Positions 8,968 to 19,545 are shown, counted from the first letter of the stretch. The stretch is DNA of 52,215 nt from a virus (IMGVR_UViG_3300018933_000070:1-52215); one strand, 5' to 3'. A program made the numbers and translations. The notes: generated by a model from the letters alone, not told the origin.

Positions 8968-9944
8968 GCTTCCCTCCTTTCCAAGACCAACTTGACGGTG
9001 AATATCCCGTTTCTCCAGCTGCTATCGGCACTCACCACGATCCATTTGGTGACCACCGTTGTCTTAATTAACACAAGCCACCCAGCGCGCAGTCCGGCCA
9101 GCGTGTAGTCATTATGACGAACTGTGATCTTCTTAATCTGCTTAGCAGATGACATGGCCTTAACCCTCTGCGTAGCTATTGTGGTCGGGTTCTCATCTTC
9201 CTCCACCTCAATGATTTCTTCCATACGACCAAATGTTTTGAGTGCATCGGCATTCGTTTTCGTAACAGAAGAAACGATCTTGTCATCCTTATATTTCTGC
9301 GCGGTGACCACCGTGTACGTTTCTTCCAAGTCGTATCCTGCGGTACTGGCCTCCATCTGTTCGGGCACAAAAATAGGCACGCGTTCGTTTGTGCCCTCTC
9401 GAACCACCTGCAGATAAAAGTGTTTATCCGTCCGGATCGCATCCACATGATAACGGTAGCCGCTACGCTCATATGCTTTTTGCAGCACATCCAAGATGAT
9501 TTCGGAATGCGCCATTGTCCCGTACCTTTCGTCTAGGTTAAACCCCAGATTGGGGCAGCGGAAGTCAACACCCGTGGTTTTAATGTAGCGTTGCAGTTCA
9601 GCTCCTGCTTCCCCTTTCAGATACGGCCGGGTCCCTTTATTCTTAGCCAAGTACCAACCGATTTCACGAGCCTCGATTTCCCAAACTCCCGAGAATTCAT
9701 CCTTTTCATATTTGATGATTGGCCCGTGGAAGAATTGGTTTTTGTGATGAAGGAGATCCTTGCCTACCCTATGAGAAAAGCACATCAGCATACCGGCCAC
9801 GCTGACCGATGGAATATCACGCAACCTAACTGTCAAGCTCCGGGCGATTTCATCCCTTTGAGATGACCACGACACATCTGTTATCGCGGGAGTCAGGGCC
9901 GATCTGGCATCGTTTTTGCCATAAATGACTGCAAACTTATCCAT
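8964..9944 (-). CDS. Baseplate hub protein (XkdQ-like)
   Basis: Size, position, and 'VSWS...ARSL', 'LRAG' motifs. Confidence 0.75.
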   Translation of the reverse strand: MDKFAVIYGKNDARSALTPAITDVSWSSQRDEIARSLTVRLRDIPSVSVAGMLMCFSHRVGKDLLHHKNQFFHGPIIKYEKDEFSGVWEIEAREIGWYLAKNKGTRPYLKGEAGAELQRYIKTTGVDFRCPNLGFNLDERYGTMAHSEIILDVLQKAYERSGYRYHVDAIRTDKHFYLQVVREGTNERVPIFVPEQMEASTAGYDLEETYTVVTAQKYKDDKIVSSVTKTNADALKTFGRMEEIIEVEEDENPTTIATQRVKAMSSAKQIKKITVRHNDYTLAGLRAGWLVLIKTTVVTKWIVVSADSSWRNGIFTVKLVLERREA

Positions 9945-9955
9945 GATCCCCCTCC

Positions 9956-10606
9956 TTACATCGGTTTGGCCAAAGCCGCTGAGATTTTGTTTCTTTGAGC
10001 TGTATAATCAAATGCACCTTTCGCGTTATCAGCGGATTCCTTGGCTGCTTTGCTCTTTTTCTTGTTTTCGGCTTTTTTCTTCTTTTCACTTGATTTCTTT
10101 TTATTTTTTTTATCCGATTTGGCCGTTGTGTTCGGCCTACTCTTAGAAGCTTTGGTGATGATTACACCCGGCTTCAGGAGCTGCTTCGTATTACTGTAGG
10201 TTACGATTTTTACAGGCTTATGCTCGACCAGCGTCATTGTAATGTGGATATTGCCCTGGCCATCCTTATATACAATGTCCATGCTTTCAATCAACATGGT
10301 CTGGGAAAACAGTTCTTCAAAATTCAGGACAACGGGTTTCGGTTTCCACTTTTCTAGCAGCTGCCACGTCGTCTCTGGACGTTTGTAAGTGACCGTTTGC
10401 TTCTTGTCTGTCTCCCACAATTCACGCCATCCTCGAGGCAGTATAGTCGAAAAAGAAACCCTCTGCAGCTTGGCAGAGGGTTTCCCTGTTCGTTCCTGAC
10501 CTGTAATTACATTAAACGTATCAACGTTGTTGCCAGTCGTGATCTGGATTTCGGCAGGGGTGATAGGGAATGTTAACCGAATCGCCCCTTGAGACATAGC
10601 CAGCAT
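9956..10606 (-). CDS. Tail tube initiator-like protein (XkdP-like) with a Lys-rich C-terminus
   Basis: FPITPAEI...L.EHK pattern; follows the tape measure gene. Confidence 0.7.
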   Translation of the reverse strand: MLAMSQGAIRLTFPITPAEIQITTGNNVDTFNVITGQERTGKPSAKLQRVSFSTILPRGWRELWETDKKQTVTYKRPETTWQLLEKWKPKPVVLNFEELFSQTMLIESMDIVYKDGQGNIHITMTLVEHKPVKIVTYSNTKQLLKPGVIITKASKSRPNTTAKSDKKNKKKSSEKKKKAENKKKSKAAKESADNAKGAFDYTAQRNKISAALAKPM

Positions 10607-10609
10607 AAT

Positions 10610-13600
10610 TTAACCCCCTGTCTCCAGTGCTTTATACAATTCCTCGCCAAACACTTGCCGGATGAGCGCGCGGCCTTCAGGGCTGGTCAGGGCCTTTGCA
10701 AACGATTGGAAATCAGTAATCCCTGCTGCAAGCCCACCAAAGTCCATTGTGATATTTCCGATAGTCACCGTTTTAGAACCGGTTGCCCCCTGCTCTGTTA
10801 GCGGGGTTGTCCTCAACGGAATACTGCCTCTGGACATGCTCGGCCCCTCGATTCCATCCACGCCTTCTTGCATGGTCCCGGCGATCAGGTTCATGCGCTC
10901 GCGTATCCTTGCAGGGTTCAGTCCATCCGCAAACATGTTCACAAAATTAACCGCCCATTTGTCCGAATTACTGGCCGGTCCTTCTTTGGTCGGTGAACTG
11001 AATCCCAGATAGTTTTTGATGACACCCGCGGCTTGAGAAACAACGGATGTCAGAGACGGGAATTTATTACGCATGCCGGCGGCCATCATTGATATTAGAT
11101 TACTTCCCCAGCTGCTGCCCTGACTGACTACATTTTGGATCGACTGCAGGTGTTGCCTAGTCTGTGATGCTGCAGTGCCGGCGGAGGAACTGACGCCGGA
11201 AAAACTCCGACCCGCCTCCCTAGCTCCAGATACAATTTCTTGGGCGCTGCTCTTTGAAGTTTGGGCAAGGTTCTTGGTTTTCTCTCCCGCCTTTTGCGCT
11301 TCAACCCCAACACCTTTAATATCATCCTGAGCCACCTTAGCTTTTGAACGTTCCCAAATGTCCGAGAATGAGGACTTTAGGCCGTCCATAGCCTTCTTTA
11401 CACCAGACTGATCCACAGCGTTCGAGATCGCTTCTTTCATTCCTTTTTGACCCACGTCTTTATAGAAGCTTCTCAAAGCAGCTTGAACCTTGACTTGGTT
11501 CTCGGCAGTTCCGGTAAAGGTGAGTTTGGATTCAGGCCGCGGTTCTTCAGGAGGCGGCTCCTTCTTTTTAATTCCCAACCACCCAGCAGCGGTATCTCCC
11601 CATGATCCTAATGTATCTTTAATCGAATCAGCTGTGCTATTCGCCCACGTAGATACGTTTGAGGAAATGTTCGAGAAGGTATCCACCACTTTCCTGGTGA
11701 TACCCGAGTCGTCAAACCAATTCCCAACCTTCTCTCCCACAAAGTTCCCCACGTAAGCACCGACCATCGAACCGATCGGGCCAGCTAAGGAGCCAACAAC
11801 GCCACCTATCGCTCCCCCAGCTACACCACCTACTACAGAGCCGCCTCGGGTAGCCACGGCTTCATTAAATCCTTCCTCCTTGGCTACCGTGTATAGATCA
11901 TAGGCGCCGATTGCTGTTCCTCCAACAGCACCAAGAATACCACCTGCCCGCATTAATCCCTTGGCGCTACCGCCTAACGAGATACCGCGTGGAGTCCGTC
12001 CTTTTGCCGGCTTGACGTCACTTGATTGCGTAGGTAGAGGACGATCGATGTCCGGCATGGAGCCAGTCCGATTCCTTCCCCGACGGCGGTTTCTGCCTCT
12101 TCTTCTATCCCCTCCATCATCGCCGCCGACATTGCCTGTAATATAAACACGACCGGCGTTAACATTCATCGTCGATACGGATTGAAGCTCTGGTCCATCA
12201 ATTGAAGGAGAGTCGCCCCCGCCAAATTTAAGTTTGGTAGGAAGCTTGTTCCATATCCACTTACCTCCAGCGGATGTCATACTCCAAATCCGTTTTCCTG
12301 CCCCAACCAAGTCTTTGTTAAGCTGCATAATTCCTTTAGTAAAGGAGGTAATCGCCTTGACGACGAGAACACCGGCCAATCCCATCAGCGCTGTATTTAT
12401 CATTGCAGTATGATCTTTATAAAAACCTATTATATTTTCGATTCCTGTGGCAATACCCGATCCAAAAGCCTCAATACTGTCCTTGTTCTCAACCAGCAGC
12501 GAGTTGAGCTCTTCCATCGCAGGAATGGATGCTTGCATGATAGTTCCGCCGATGTCTTGCAACTGCAATTGAATTTGCGCTCGGGATTGCTTGTATTCCG
12601 TAAGCGGATCGGCTTTTTGCTGTGCTGCAACCAATCGATCCGCGGTGCCAGTCATATCAGGGGCTTTATCGAACGCAACACCATAGGTTTTTAAGATGGC
12701 GTCTGCATTGTCTTCTCCCGTTGCTGAACCTAGTTGTGTTAGAGACTGTTTCAATGTATTGCGGTCCTGACTGGCCAGATCAGCGACTAAAGCGGCTATT
12801 GCGCCCTGCGCCTGCTGCTTGTTGCCAGAGTTAATGTCGGCCGTAAAGGCAGCCGCTTGTCTTTGAGCATCATTTTTTCCGGACCCGCGACTCAGGAAAT
12901 AGTTAACCATATCCCCTGTGTTAAGCGCCTTAACGCCGAACACCTCTTTAAAAAAGTCGCCTGGCTTATCGAAATTGAAGGCCCCTTCTTGGACTGTCCG
13001 TGTTAAGAAATTGGACATTTGGTCAGGAGTTACCCCGCTGCTTGCAAAATAAGGACTGTACTCCCAATAAGTATCGAGCATGTCCCTTTGACGGTCTCCA
13101 ACTTTCTCATACGAATACAAAATGCTATCCGCTATTCGTCCTGGACTCTCCTCGAAAACAGAAACCATCTGCGCAATAGCCCTGTTGATTTCTTCAAAAG
13201 AAGCATCCGGTAACACATATTGCATTTTAGATGATGCAATAAGCGCCTCTTGCACTTGGGATTTATCCTGCATCATTGGGGCAATGTCGGCAAGGCTCCT
13301 AGCCCCTGCAGCACGATCTGGAATGATCGCATGTGCATATAGTTCGTCATTAGCAACAAGCGCCCGGTTCCTCTCTTGTGCTGACAGGTAAGGAGCGACT
13401 CGAGCAGCTTCCGTGTAATAATCCCCCACTCCTCCGAAAAGGGAATCCGATACCCCGCCGCCTAACACCATGCCGCTGCCGACCGCTGCCAAGGCAGAGA
13501 TTTTGGCAGATATGTTGTCGATGAGTGGGCTGATTTGATCGTCAGCCCTGAGCGTAACATGGGCATCGCTCATGGATCGCACTTCACTGTCGGCGCGGGA

Positions 13601-13900
13601 GACCGACCGCCGGAAGTTTTCCGCACTCGCCCGCGCACGGCTGAACAAATCGCCGATTGCTGTTCTCCCCATTTGACGGGCTTCACCGGCTGCTCTACCG
13701 ATCTGAGCTCCAAGATCGCGGGCTGATTCACTCGCACGGCGGGCACTGGTAATAAAGTCTTGTCCCATCTCCCCCGCTGCTCGGCGCAGCCTTGACACAT
13801 CATCTTGCGTCGATTGAAATCCTCGCTGCATGCGACGCAGCGTGCCGGACACCAAATCTTGGGCTTCAATGGGAACCGTTATGCGTTTCGCCGTTGCCAT
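10610..13900 (-). CDS. Tail tape measure protein
   Basis: About 1100 aa, Ala/Gly-rich, GAFNFDK, LGFSSPTKEGP; follows the chaperone genes. Confidence 0.92.
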   Translation of the reverse strand: MATAKRITVPIEAQDLVSGTLRRMQRGFQSTQDDVSRLRRAAGEMGQDFITSARRASESARDLGAQIGRAAGEARQMGRTAIGDLFSRARASAENFRRSVSRADSEVRSMSDAHVTLRADDQISPLIDNISAKISALAAVGSGMVLGGGVSDSLFGGVGDYYTEAARVAPYLSAQERNRALVANDELYAHAIIPDRAAGARSLADIAPMMQDKSQVQEALIASSKMQYVLPDASFEEINRAIAQMVSVFEESPGRIADSILYSYEKVGDRQRDMLDTYWEYSPYFASSGVTPDQMSNFLTRTVQEGAFNFDKPGDFFKEVFGVKALNTGDMVNYFLSRGSGKNDAQRQAAAFTADINSGNKQQAQGAIAALVADLASQDRNTLKQSLTQLGSATGEDNADAILKTYGVAFDKAPDMTGTADRLVAAQQKADPLTEYKQSRAQIQLQLQDIGGTIMQASIPAMEELNSLLVENKDSIEAFGSGIATGIENIIGFYKDHTAMINTALMGLAGVLVVKAITSFTKGIMQLNKDLVGAGKRIWSMTSAGGKWIWNKLPTKLKFGGGDSPSIDGPELQSVSTMNVNAGRVYITGNVGGDDGGDRRRGRNRRRGRNRTGSMPDIDRPLPTQSSDVKPAKGRTPRGISLGGSAKGLMRAGGILGAVGGTAIGAYDLYTVAKEEGFNEAVATRGGSVVGGVAGGAIGGVVGSLAGPIGSMVGAYVGNFVGEKVGNWFDDSGITRKVVDTFSNISSNVSTWANSTADSIKDTLGSWGDTAAGWLGIKKKEPPPEEPRPESKLTFTGTAENQVKVQAALRSFYKDVGQKGMKEAISNAVDQSGVKKAMDGLKSSFSDIWERSKAKVAQDDIKGVGVEAQKAGEKTKNLAQTSKSSAQEIVSGAREAGRSFSGVSSSAGTAASQTRQHLQSIQNVVSQGSSWGSNLISMMAAGMRNKFPSLTSVVSQAAGVIKNYLGFSSPTKEGPASNSDKWAVNFVNMFADGLNPARIRERMNLIAGTMQEGVDGIEGPSMSRGSIPLRTTPLTEQGATGSKTVTIGNITMDFGGLAAGITDFQSFAKALTSPEGRALIRQVFGEELYKALETGG

Positions 13901-13905
13901 GTTGT

Positions 13906-14094
13906 TCACCCCCTCCCCCGGCTTCTATTGAGTTTCTTTAACTCCTCCTCAGCTAACATGGATGCAGCCAAGCAAAAGTGATACTGTCGATTCAGATCCA
14001 CGTCATAAGGCAAGACTTCAGCAGGCAGTTTTTTTTGGTTGATCCAAAAGGACGCTACCCAGCTTGCTTCTCCGTCTCGCCGGATGAGTTTTTT
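13906..14094 (-). CDS. -1 frameshift extension of the tail assembly chaperone (lambda G/GT-like)
   Basis: In-frame A AAA AAC heptamer at 14094-14088; the -1 frame is open for 62 codons (KKLIRRDGEASW...RGRG) to TGA at 13906. Confidence 0.85.
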   Translation of the reverse strand, partial: KKLIRRDGEASWVASFWINQKKLPAEVLPYDVDLNRQYHFCLAASMLAEEELKKLNRSRGRG

Positions 14095-14480
14095 GCTTCT
14101 TTTAACAGTTCTTCCTTCGTTTCTTTGAAATTTCGGACTGCTTTACTCAGTTTACCGTATTCGTCCGGATCCGAAAGAAGCCGGGGCGGCAACTCAAACT
14201 TTTCAACACAGTTGAAAGCCTTCAGCAGCTCGATGTTGTTCCAGTCGAAATCATGCTCGGTCGCCTTCACAATCATGACGTCAAGGTCGTTGTAGGTCTC
14301 TTTGGCAGTACCATCATCGTTGTAGGCCAACTCATATGCCCGACGCACATCCACAGTCGTCAGTTTGCGTACGGACCACTGTTCACCATCAGCTTCCACT
14401 GTGATGGTTTCTGGTTTGCTGTTCCCTTTACCTCTTGCCAAGTATTTCTGTAATTTGTCGCTCATCATATTTGCCTCCAT
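14055..14480 (-). CDS. Tail assembly chaperone (XkdN-like)
   Basis: Between tube and tape measure genes; ends EAKN before a slippery site. Confidence 0.85.
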   Translation of the reverse strand: MEANMMSDKLQKYLARGKGNSKPETITVEADGEQWSVRKLTTVDVRRAYELAYNDDGTAKETYNDLDVMIVKATEHDFDWNNIELLKAFNCVEKFELPPRLLSDPDEYGKLSKAVRNFKETKEELLKEAKNSSGETEKQAG

Positions 14481-14506
14481 TAATTGAAATTTGGTTTTAG
14501 GTGAAA

Positions 14507-14530
14507 AGAAAAAGGACGGTTGCCCGTCCT
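14507..14530 (-). terminator. Intrinsic terminator after the tail tube gene
   Basis: AGGACGG-GCAA-CCGTCCT followed by TTTTCTTTT on the minus strand. Confidence 0.75.
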
Positions 14531-14974
14531 CTACGCCATGTAATCCGGGAATTCTTCAACAAATTCGAAGTCAGATGCGGTACCTTCTAAGGTGATATCA
14601 ATACCGCTGTTGCTATCGATCTGAGCCACGATAATATCCATGTTGCCATGAATATGGATGCCGGTGATTAGAACTCGCTCAACGTTACCCGTTTGCATAT
14701 CCTCTAGCGCACCGGTGATGCGATCCAAGAACATCGTCTTGCCCGCCTTGAAATCAGACAACAAGCGATAGCGCAGGCGTGATTCCAACTTAGACATGAC
14801 CAGTTTGACTGGGATTTCATAACCCACGATCTGTTTCGTCTTCGCCATCTTTCGAGCGCGCACGACATCCAGTGTTTCAGGTTGCAAAATGACCTCGATC
14901 TCCTTAATTGTTTGGATCGGATCCCCGTTGTCATCCTGGACGGATAGATTCCGGCCAATCAGTTCGCGTTCCAT
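14531..14974 (-). CDS. Tail tube protein (XkdM-like)
   Basis: 147 aa directly after the sheath gene. Confidence 0.85.
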   Translation of the reverse strand: MERELIGRNLSVQDDNGDPIQTIKEIEVILQPETLDVVRARKMAKTKQIVGYEIPVKLVMSKLESRLRYRLLSDFKAGKTMFLDRITGALEDMQTGNVERVLITGIHIHGNMDIIVAQIDSNSGIDITLEGTASDFEFVEEFPDYMA

Positions 14975-14977
14975 CGA

Positions 14978-16330
14978 TTACGCCACCTCCCATGTGATAT
15001 AGAATGCTTCAATCGCATCAAGCGGTTTGGCGTACAGCTTAAAGTAAGCATAGTCAAAGTCGCTAACTTGATCAGGATCTTCCGTGAAAGTGTATTCCGA
15101 TGCGATGGCTTTCTGAGCAGCACGAATGGACAAATACTCCAACACGGAAGCAATGAACATCCCCCGGCCATCTTTGTCATTGTCGAGTTTCGCCTTTTGC
15201 TTTTTAGCCGCACCATAAATGTCGTTAAGGATCTGGTCGATCGTCATAGATACACGGATCTTACCGAAGTCCTCCCGCTCGCCAGCTCCCATGGTGGTCA
15301 ACGTATTGACTGCCGACTCAATGATGTAGTCATACCCATCACGCGTGGCCATGAGTGTTCCTTCGGTCAGGCCCTTCATAACCTCGCTGTGGCTCCAATC
15401 AATGGCTGCCAATGTCATCGGCACCTTAACACCTGTGAAGGACTTGTTCGCAGGCGTGCCGGCCAGCAGACCTGCCACCCACGCAGCCCATTGAACGGAA
15501 TTATAGGTTTTACCGTTGGTATGTGTACCAGCTAAGGAACAATTGACAATGTAACGGGCATTCATTGCGCGGCTGCGCGCGTTATGTTTTTCAATGTCCG
15601 TGTCATCTGCAGCAGGTCCAGCAACAACCAGCTGCGCCAGTCTGCGAGCCTTTGTCCGTCGATCGAGCAACCACTGTTTGGCAGCTGCTTGAACGGCTGG
15701 ATCAGTTGCGGGAAGATAGAATACATCAAATGTTAGGCCATCCACCCGATTAAATATACGACTCCAGTCGGAAGCTGTGATGGTCCCGGTTCCAGATACT
15801 CCCCCGGTCAGTGGAGTGTAATCCACATCTGCCATATCTAAAGCGCCCAATGCCTTGAAGCGAACCATGTTGGATTTCTTCAGTGCTTCTTCCGCGGATT
15901 GTTTATCGGCCACCAAGAATGTCTCAGTGTCATAGAGTCCTTTGGTATCCCGCACGACGATCTCTTTTTTGGTCGCATCGACCAGGCTCGTCCGGATCAT
16001 GTACTCAAAATCGTTGCCGCGCAACCCAGGGTAACGCGCTTCAATCGTATAACTGTCGGCCACCGTCGCCGCTGCCGTTTTTTCCTGTTCGTTGGTCACC
16101 CGGTACCCGACCACCGTTGCCCCCGTTTCGGCGGCGAGCTCCAATACATCAACCTGCAGACCGCTCTCTTTCAGGCGCTCGGAAGTGTCCGCCATATCCA
16201 CCGCAAAATTAGGTGCCCCCCATTCTGCCTGGTACGGGACCAGCACCCGCCCCATCGACGGCGCAACCCTGGCCTTGGCCAGCGCAATCAACTCGACATA
16301 CGCGCCTGGTCTAACTCTCTGAATTGACAT
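14978..16330 (-). CDS. Tail sheath protein (XkdK-like)
   Basis: RPGAY N-terminus, ARYPGLRGN, AAWVAGLLAG, FGKIRV; start MSIQRV with AGGAGG RBS. Confidence 0.92.
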   Translation of the reverse strand: MSIQRVRPGAYVELIALAKARVAPSMGRVLVPYQAEWGAPNFAVDMADTSERLKESGLQVDVLELAAETGATVVGYRVTNEQEKTAAATVADSYTIEARYPGLRGNDFEYMIRTSLVDATKKEIVVRDTKGLYDTETFLVADKQSAEEALKKSNMVRFKALGALDMADVDYTPLTGGVSGTGTITASDWSRIFNRVDGLTFDVFYLPATDPAVQAAAKQWLLDRRTKARRLAQLVVAGPAADDTDIEKHNARSRAMNARYIVNCSLAGTHTNGKTYNSVQWAAWVAGLLAGTPANKSFTGVKVPMTLAAIDWSHSEVMKGLTEGTLMATRDGYDYIIESAVNTLTTMGAGEREDFGKIRVSMTIDQILNDIYGAAKKQKAKLDNDKDGRGMFIASVLEYLSIRAAQKAIASEYTFTEDPDQVSDFDYAYFKLYAKPLDAIEAFYITWEVA

Positions 16331-16562
16331 TCCACGTGTCCTCCTTCTTTGCCTCTGGACGTAGGTAAGCATCCAGCCGGCTTTGTACATCTTGCTGAGA
16401 TAGCAGATCGTCTGCCTTGCAATTGAAAAGGGCGCCTGCTACCTCGAAGCGTTCGTGCTTCAAGGCTGCGGCGCCCTCAATCCATTCTTGCTTCGTCCGC
16501 TTGTTCACGTCCGAATGGACCGAAGCTGCGGAATCATCTTTTTCTTTTCGTTTTGTACTCAA
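16311..16562 (-). CDS. Small pre-sheath protein
   Basis: EVAGALF motif; position. Confidence 0.65.
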   Translation of the reverse strand: MSTKRKEKDDSAASVHSDVNKRTKQEWIEGAAALKHERFEVAGALFNCKADDLLSQQDVQSRLDAYLRPEAKKEDTWNVNSES

Positions 16563-17026
16563 GGTGTACGCTCCTTTCCATATGCAATGTAGAATTCATT
16601 GATCTTTGGAACTGGATCCTTTGGAACAGAAAGCAGATACGAATATCGGAAGGTAACCTCGATCCTGTCCTTTTCTGGTCGGGTGCGAGGTGGTTCGATA
16701 ACCAACGCGACGCCGAAACGTTGGGATGAATAACAGAACCTTCCCTTCCGCAGAAAGGTGAAGAACGGGGTAAGATCAAAGGGAATCGGCTCACCCTCAT
16801 CTTCCTCCGTCATACGTTCCTTATCAAAGTGGAACACCAGCCCCACATCCTCAATAATCCGGTCAGCCCGCGGCGTATGGACCTTGTCGGACACCAGAGC
16901 CGTCTCAATAAACACCGATGGCCGCTCGAAATTCCCAGCAAGCCACTGCGTTCGGTCACGAAGGATTGGAAGATCAGGGTATACCTGACGCACAATTTCA
17001 GCCCATGCTTTCAAACCTGCATCCAT
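16559..17026 (-). CDS. Tail terminator/completion protein (XkdJ-position)
   Basis: FERPSVFIE; gene order. Confidence 0.65.
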   Translation of the reverse strand: MDAGLKAWAEIVRQVYPDLPILRDRTQWLAGNFERPSVFIETALVSDKVHTPRADRIIEDVGLVFHFDKERMTEEDEGEPIPFDLTPFFTFLRKGRFCYSSQRFGVALVIEPPRTRPEKDRIEVTFRYSYLLSVPKDPVPKINEFYIAYGKERTP

Positions 17027-17550
17027 CAGCGCAGCACCCTTTCCAGTTCAATTTCCAAACGTTTAATAATCAATTGATTCATCCCGCCTTCAAATTCTGA
17101 AACCGCCAAATCAAAGTACCGTCTGCCGATAAAGGATCGCGGCTTGGCCATAAATCCACCCTTTGCATTGCGATCATATACAAACGAACCGCCGCTGTTC
17201 CAGTATCCCGGCACGAAATGAGCCTTATGGATCGTGTATCCCTCGTTAATCAACCGTGGATAACCCCAGACATTCTGATCGGTTGAATCCGTACCAAGAT
17301 TGGATCCTACTTCAAGCGTAATTGCATTGCGATCAACATCCCATTCCCATACGTTCCCTTCTCCGCCTCGAGTAAATGAATTCCACATCAGTCCCGTGTC
17401 GATCAGTCCTTGACGATCAATCTCGTCAATGACGTGGTTCAATAAAGCTTCTCCCAAAGCTTCTGCAATATTCGTAAGAACCTGCTTCATTCCCTTGTCG
17501 GCAAGTTGACGAAAACGGCGCGCCAATCCATCGAAGTCGTTAACGGTCAT
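17026..17550 (-). CDS. HK97 gp10-like neck protein
   Basis: IDTGLMWNSF, VGSN, INEG, FIGRRYFD. Confidence 0.8.
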   Translation of the reverse strand: MTVNDFDGLARRFRQLADKGMKQVLTNIAEALGEALLNHVIDEIDRQGLIDTGLMWNSFTRGGEGNVWEWDVDRNAITLEVGSNLGTDSTDQNVWGYPRLINEGYTIHKAHFVPGYWNSGGSFVYDRNAKGGFMAKPRSFIGRRYFDLAVSEFEGGMNQLIIKRLEIELERVLR

Positions 17551-17863
17551 TGCCTTTCACCTCGCATGTCACCAGTAATTCGCGCCAGTAACGACGCGGG
17601 ATCGAGTCAATGACCAAATAACGACGGCCATGCAGAAGCACTTCGTCACTAAGCTGGACGTCCGCCCTCTTTGGAACACCGATGGTCTTTTTGACAATGT
17701 ACAACACAGGTTTGGAGTCGGTTTTTTCAGAAGTCTCTGTCTTGATTACAAAACATTTCAGATCAGCAACCTTTCCAGACTTGCGATCACTGAACAGATC
17801 ATCACCATCCCTCTTGCTGCCCACCCGGTACACAGCAAGAGGTGCATTAAAGCGATGGTTCAC
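17540..17863 (-). CDS. Head closure/head-tail joining protein
   Basis: GTG start overlapping upstream TGA; DEV..HGRRYLV. Confidence 0.65.
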   Translation of the reverse strand: MNHRFNAPLAVYRVGSKRDGDDLFSDRKSGKVADLKCFVIKTETSEKTDSKPVLYIVKKTIGVPKRADVQLSDEVLLHGRRYLVIDSIPRRYWRELLVTCEVKGNDR

Positions 17864-18246
17864 AGCAAATAGGCCGTGATGTTGCCACCATCCGGCCCTT
17901 CCTGCTGTTTTTTGACCCAGAGGAATAGGATTGCGTCGACGTCCGGGTTCCCCGTGGTTTTGCCGGCGATCGCCTGCCGAGTGTATGTCCAAGCCCCGTC
18001 ACTCTCAGATGCGTAGTTCCGTGCGACAGCAGCCAGGTATTCCTCACTGTCCTGCAGGGCCAGCCCCTCGGCTAATTTGACCCATGCCAGCATGAGCTGC
18101 CGATCCACGACCTCCGGAAAGGGTACGGGTAAATACAGTTCGATGCGCGCCTGTGCGTCATCAATGTACTGTTCCAATTGTTGGGTCGTCGCCTCCTGAA
18201 TAGGGGTTACGCGGCTACGCTGTCGTAGAATTGTTGCTGTCAGCAT
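17860..18246 (-). CDS. Head-tail connector (YqbG/DUF3199-like)
   Basis: Start MLTAT; 'AWVKLAE', 'SESDGAWTYT'. Confidence 0.7.
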   Translation of the reverse strand: MLTATILRQRSRVTPIQEATTQQLEQYIDDAQARIELYLPVPFPEVVDRQLMLAWVKLAEGLALQDSEEYLAAVARNYASESDGAWTYTRQAIAGKTTGNPDVDAILFLWVKKQQEGPDGGNITAYLL

Positions 18247-18577
18247 TTTTACCGTCAGCTCCCTCTGTCTTACCTGGATCGTTGACAGGCGGATCATTAT
18301 CAACCGGAGCAAGATCCCCTTTCAAAGCTTTTATCAGCTCCGGCTTTTTCATCTCCGCATAACCATCGATACCCACCAGTTTCGCTTTGTCTCTGAGCTG
18401 AGGGACGGTCAAGTCCTCTAAAGGAATGACCTTTTCCTCATTGATGTCGAAATCAGGTCGCTCACGAAGTTTTTTCACAATCGATTCATTCTCGACCATT
18501 ACCGGCACTTTGGCAGGAAACCGGATGCCATAGAGCATCAAAGACGTATTATCCCCCCGATAAGTAATGAATGGCAT
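18215..18577 (-). CDS. YqbF-like protein with a Rho-N/HeH-like motif
   Basis: LTVPQLRDKAKLVGIDGYAEMKKPELIKAL. Confidence 0.75.
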   Translation of the reverse strand: MPFITYRGDNTSLMLYGIRFPAKVPVMVENESIVKKLRERPDFDINEEKVIPLEDLTVPQLRDKAKLVGIDGYAEMKKPELIKALKGDLAPVDNDPPVNDPGKTEGADGKNADSNNSTTA

Positions 18578-19512
18578 TAGAATGTCACCCCTTCCGCATA
18601 ACTGACAGCTCCCGGCTCTTCGAAGATAGAATCATAGTCCGAATGGATCGCATAGAAGCGCTTGTCCGCATAAATAGCTTCTTTACCTTCCGTGGTCTTC
18701 CGGATCTGCATGTCATAGGTATTCACCAGTACAAAATTCTGATGATAGGTGAACAATACAGCACCTTCTGGCATGTGTGGCACTTCCTCCACATCGTAGG
18801 AGTTGATTTTCTTCACACCACCAGTGATTTGCAGTTGAATGGATGCGCTGGTATCCTTCTCAGCCAGCTTCTGCAGCCGCTCACTGAAAGTGTTCGGATG
18901 CATGAAATACTTAAATTCACCGCTAGCACGCAAGCGTGTTGGAATGGCTCTTTCCAGTTCGAAGAAGATTCCCACCTTCTTTTCAGCCGGAAGCGTGGCC
19001 CAGTCAATAAAATTCCCCTTGGACTTCGCTTTCTTCAGCCATCCGTCATTGATCTTCAAGAAATCATAATCAGGGTCAGTGTTGGGTGTAGCTGTATCCC
19101 CGTTGAATCCGAGATCTTGCATGTTTTCGCCGAAGTTTCTTGTCATAGCTGCCATGATGATATCCTCAGCGTTTTGACCACGGACACGTTGAGTCTGACG
19201 GATGAACTCTTCCGTAATTTCAAAAGGCAGCACGACAGGAGCTACAGCGTAAGGCACTTGCGGGAAAGTAGGAGCAGCCGTATTCGTCGCCCCAGCATTC
19301 TCAACCTTGCTTCGAAGATTACGACCGGTTACACCGATCTTATCGATGGTGCCCTTTGCACTGGTACGAGTCACCGTGCGGATCCCTTTCAAAAAGCTTG
19401 TCGATTCGTAAGCCATTTCCGTGAATTTGTCTACCTGCTCATAATTGAGAGCAGTTTGGTCCATTGGTGTAACGATGGTCGATTTCTGAATGATTTGTCC
19501 GTTGGTTTTCAT
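18577..19512 (-). CDS. Major capsid protein (XkdG-like)
   Basis: DLGFNGD...DFLKINDGWLK; position. Confidence 0.9.
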   Translation of the reverse strand: MKTNGQIIQKSTIVTPMDQTALNYEQVDKFTEMAYESTSFLKGIRTVTRTSAKGTIDKIGVTGRNLRSKVENAGATNTAAPTFPQVPYAVAPVVLPFEITEEFIRQTQRVRGQNAEDIIMAAMTRNFGENMQDLGFNGDTATPNTDPDYDFLKINDGWLKKAKSKGNFIDWATLPAEKKVGIFFELERAIPTRLRASGEFKYFMHPNTFSERLQKLAEKDTSASIQLQITGGVKKINSYDVEEVPHMPEGAVLFTYHQNFVLVNTYDMQIRKTTEGKEAIYADKRFYAIHSDYDSIFEEPGAVSYAEGVTF

Positions 19513-19545
19513 ATACTTATTTATCTCCCTTCAAATTTGGACTGA

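Noticed and set aside
18571-19545. 324-aa plus-strand ORF
   Set aside because: Antisense shadow of the major capsid gene with no motifs
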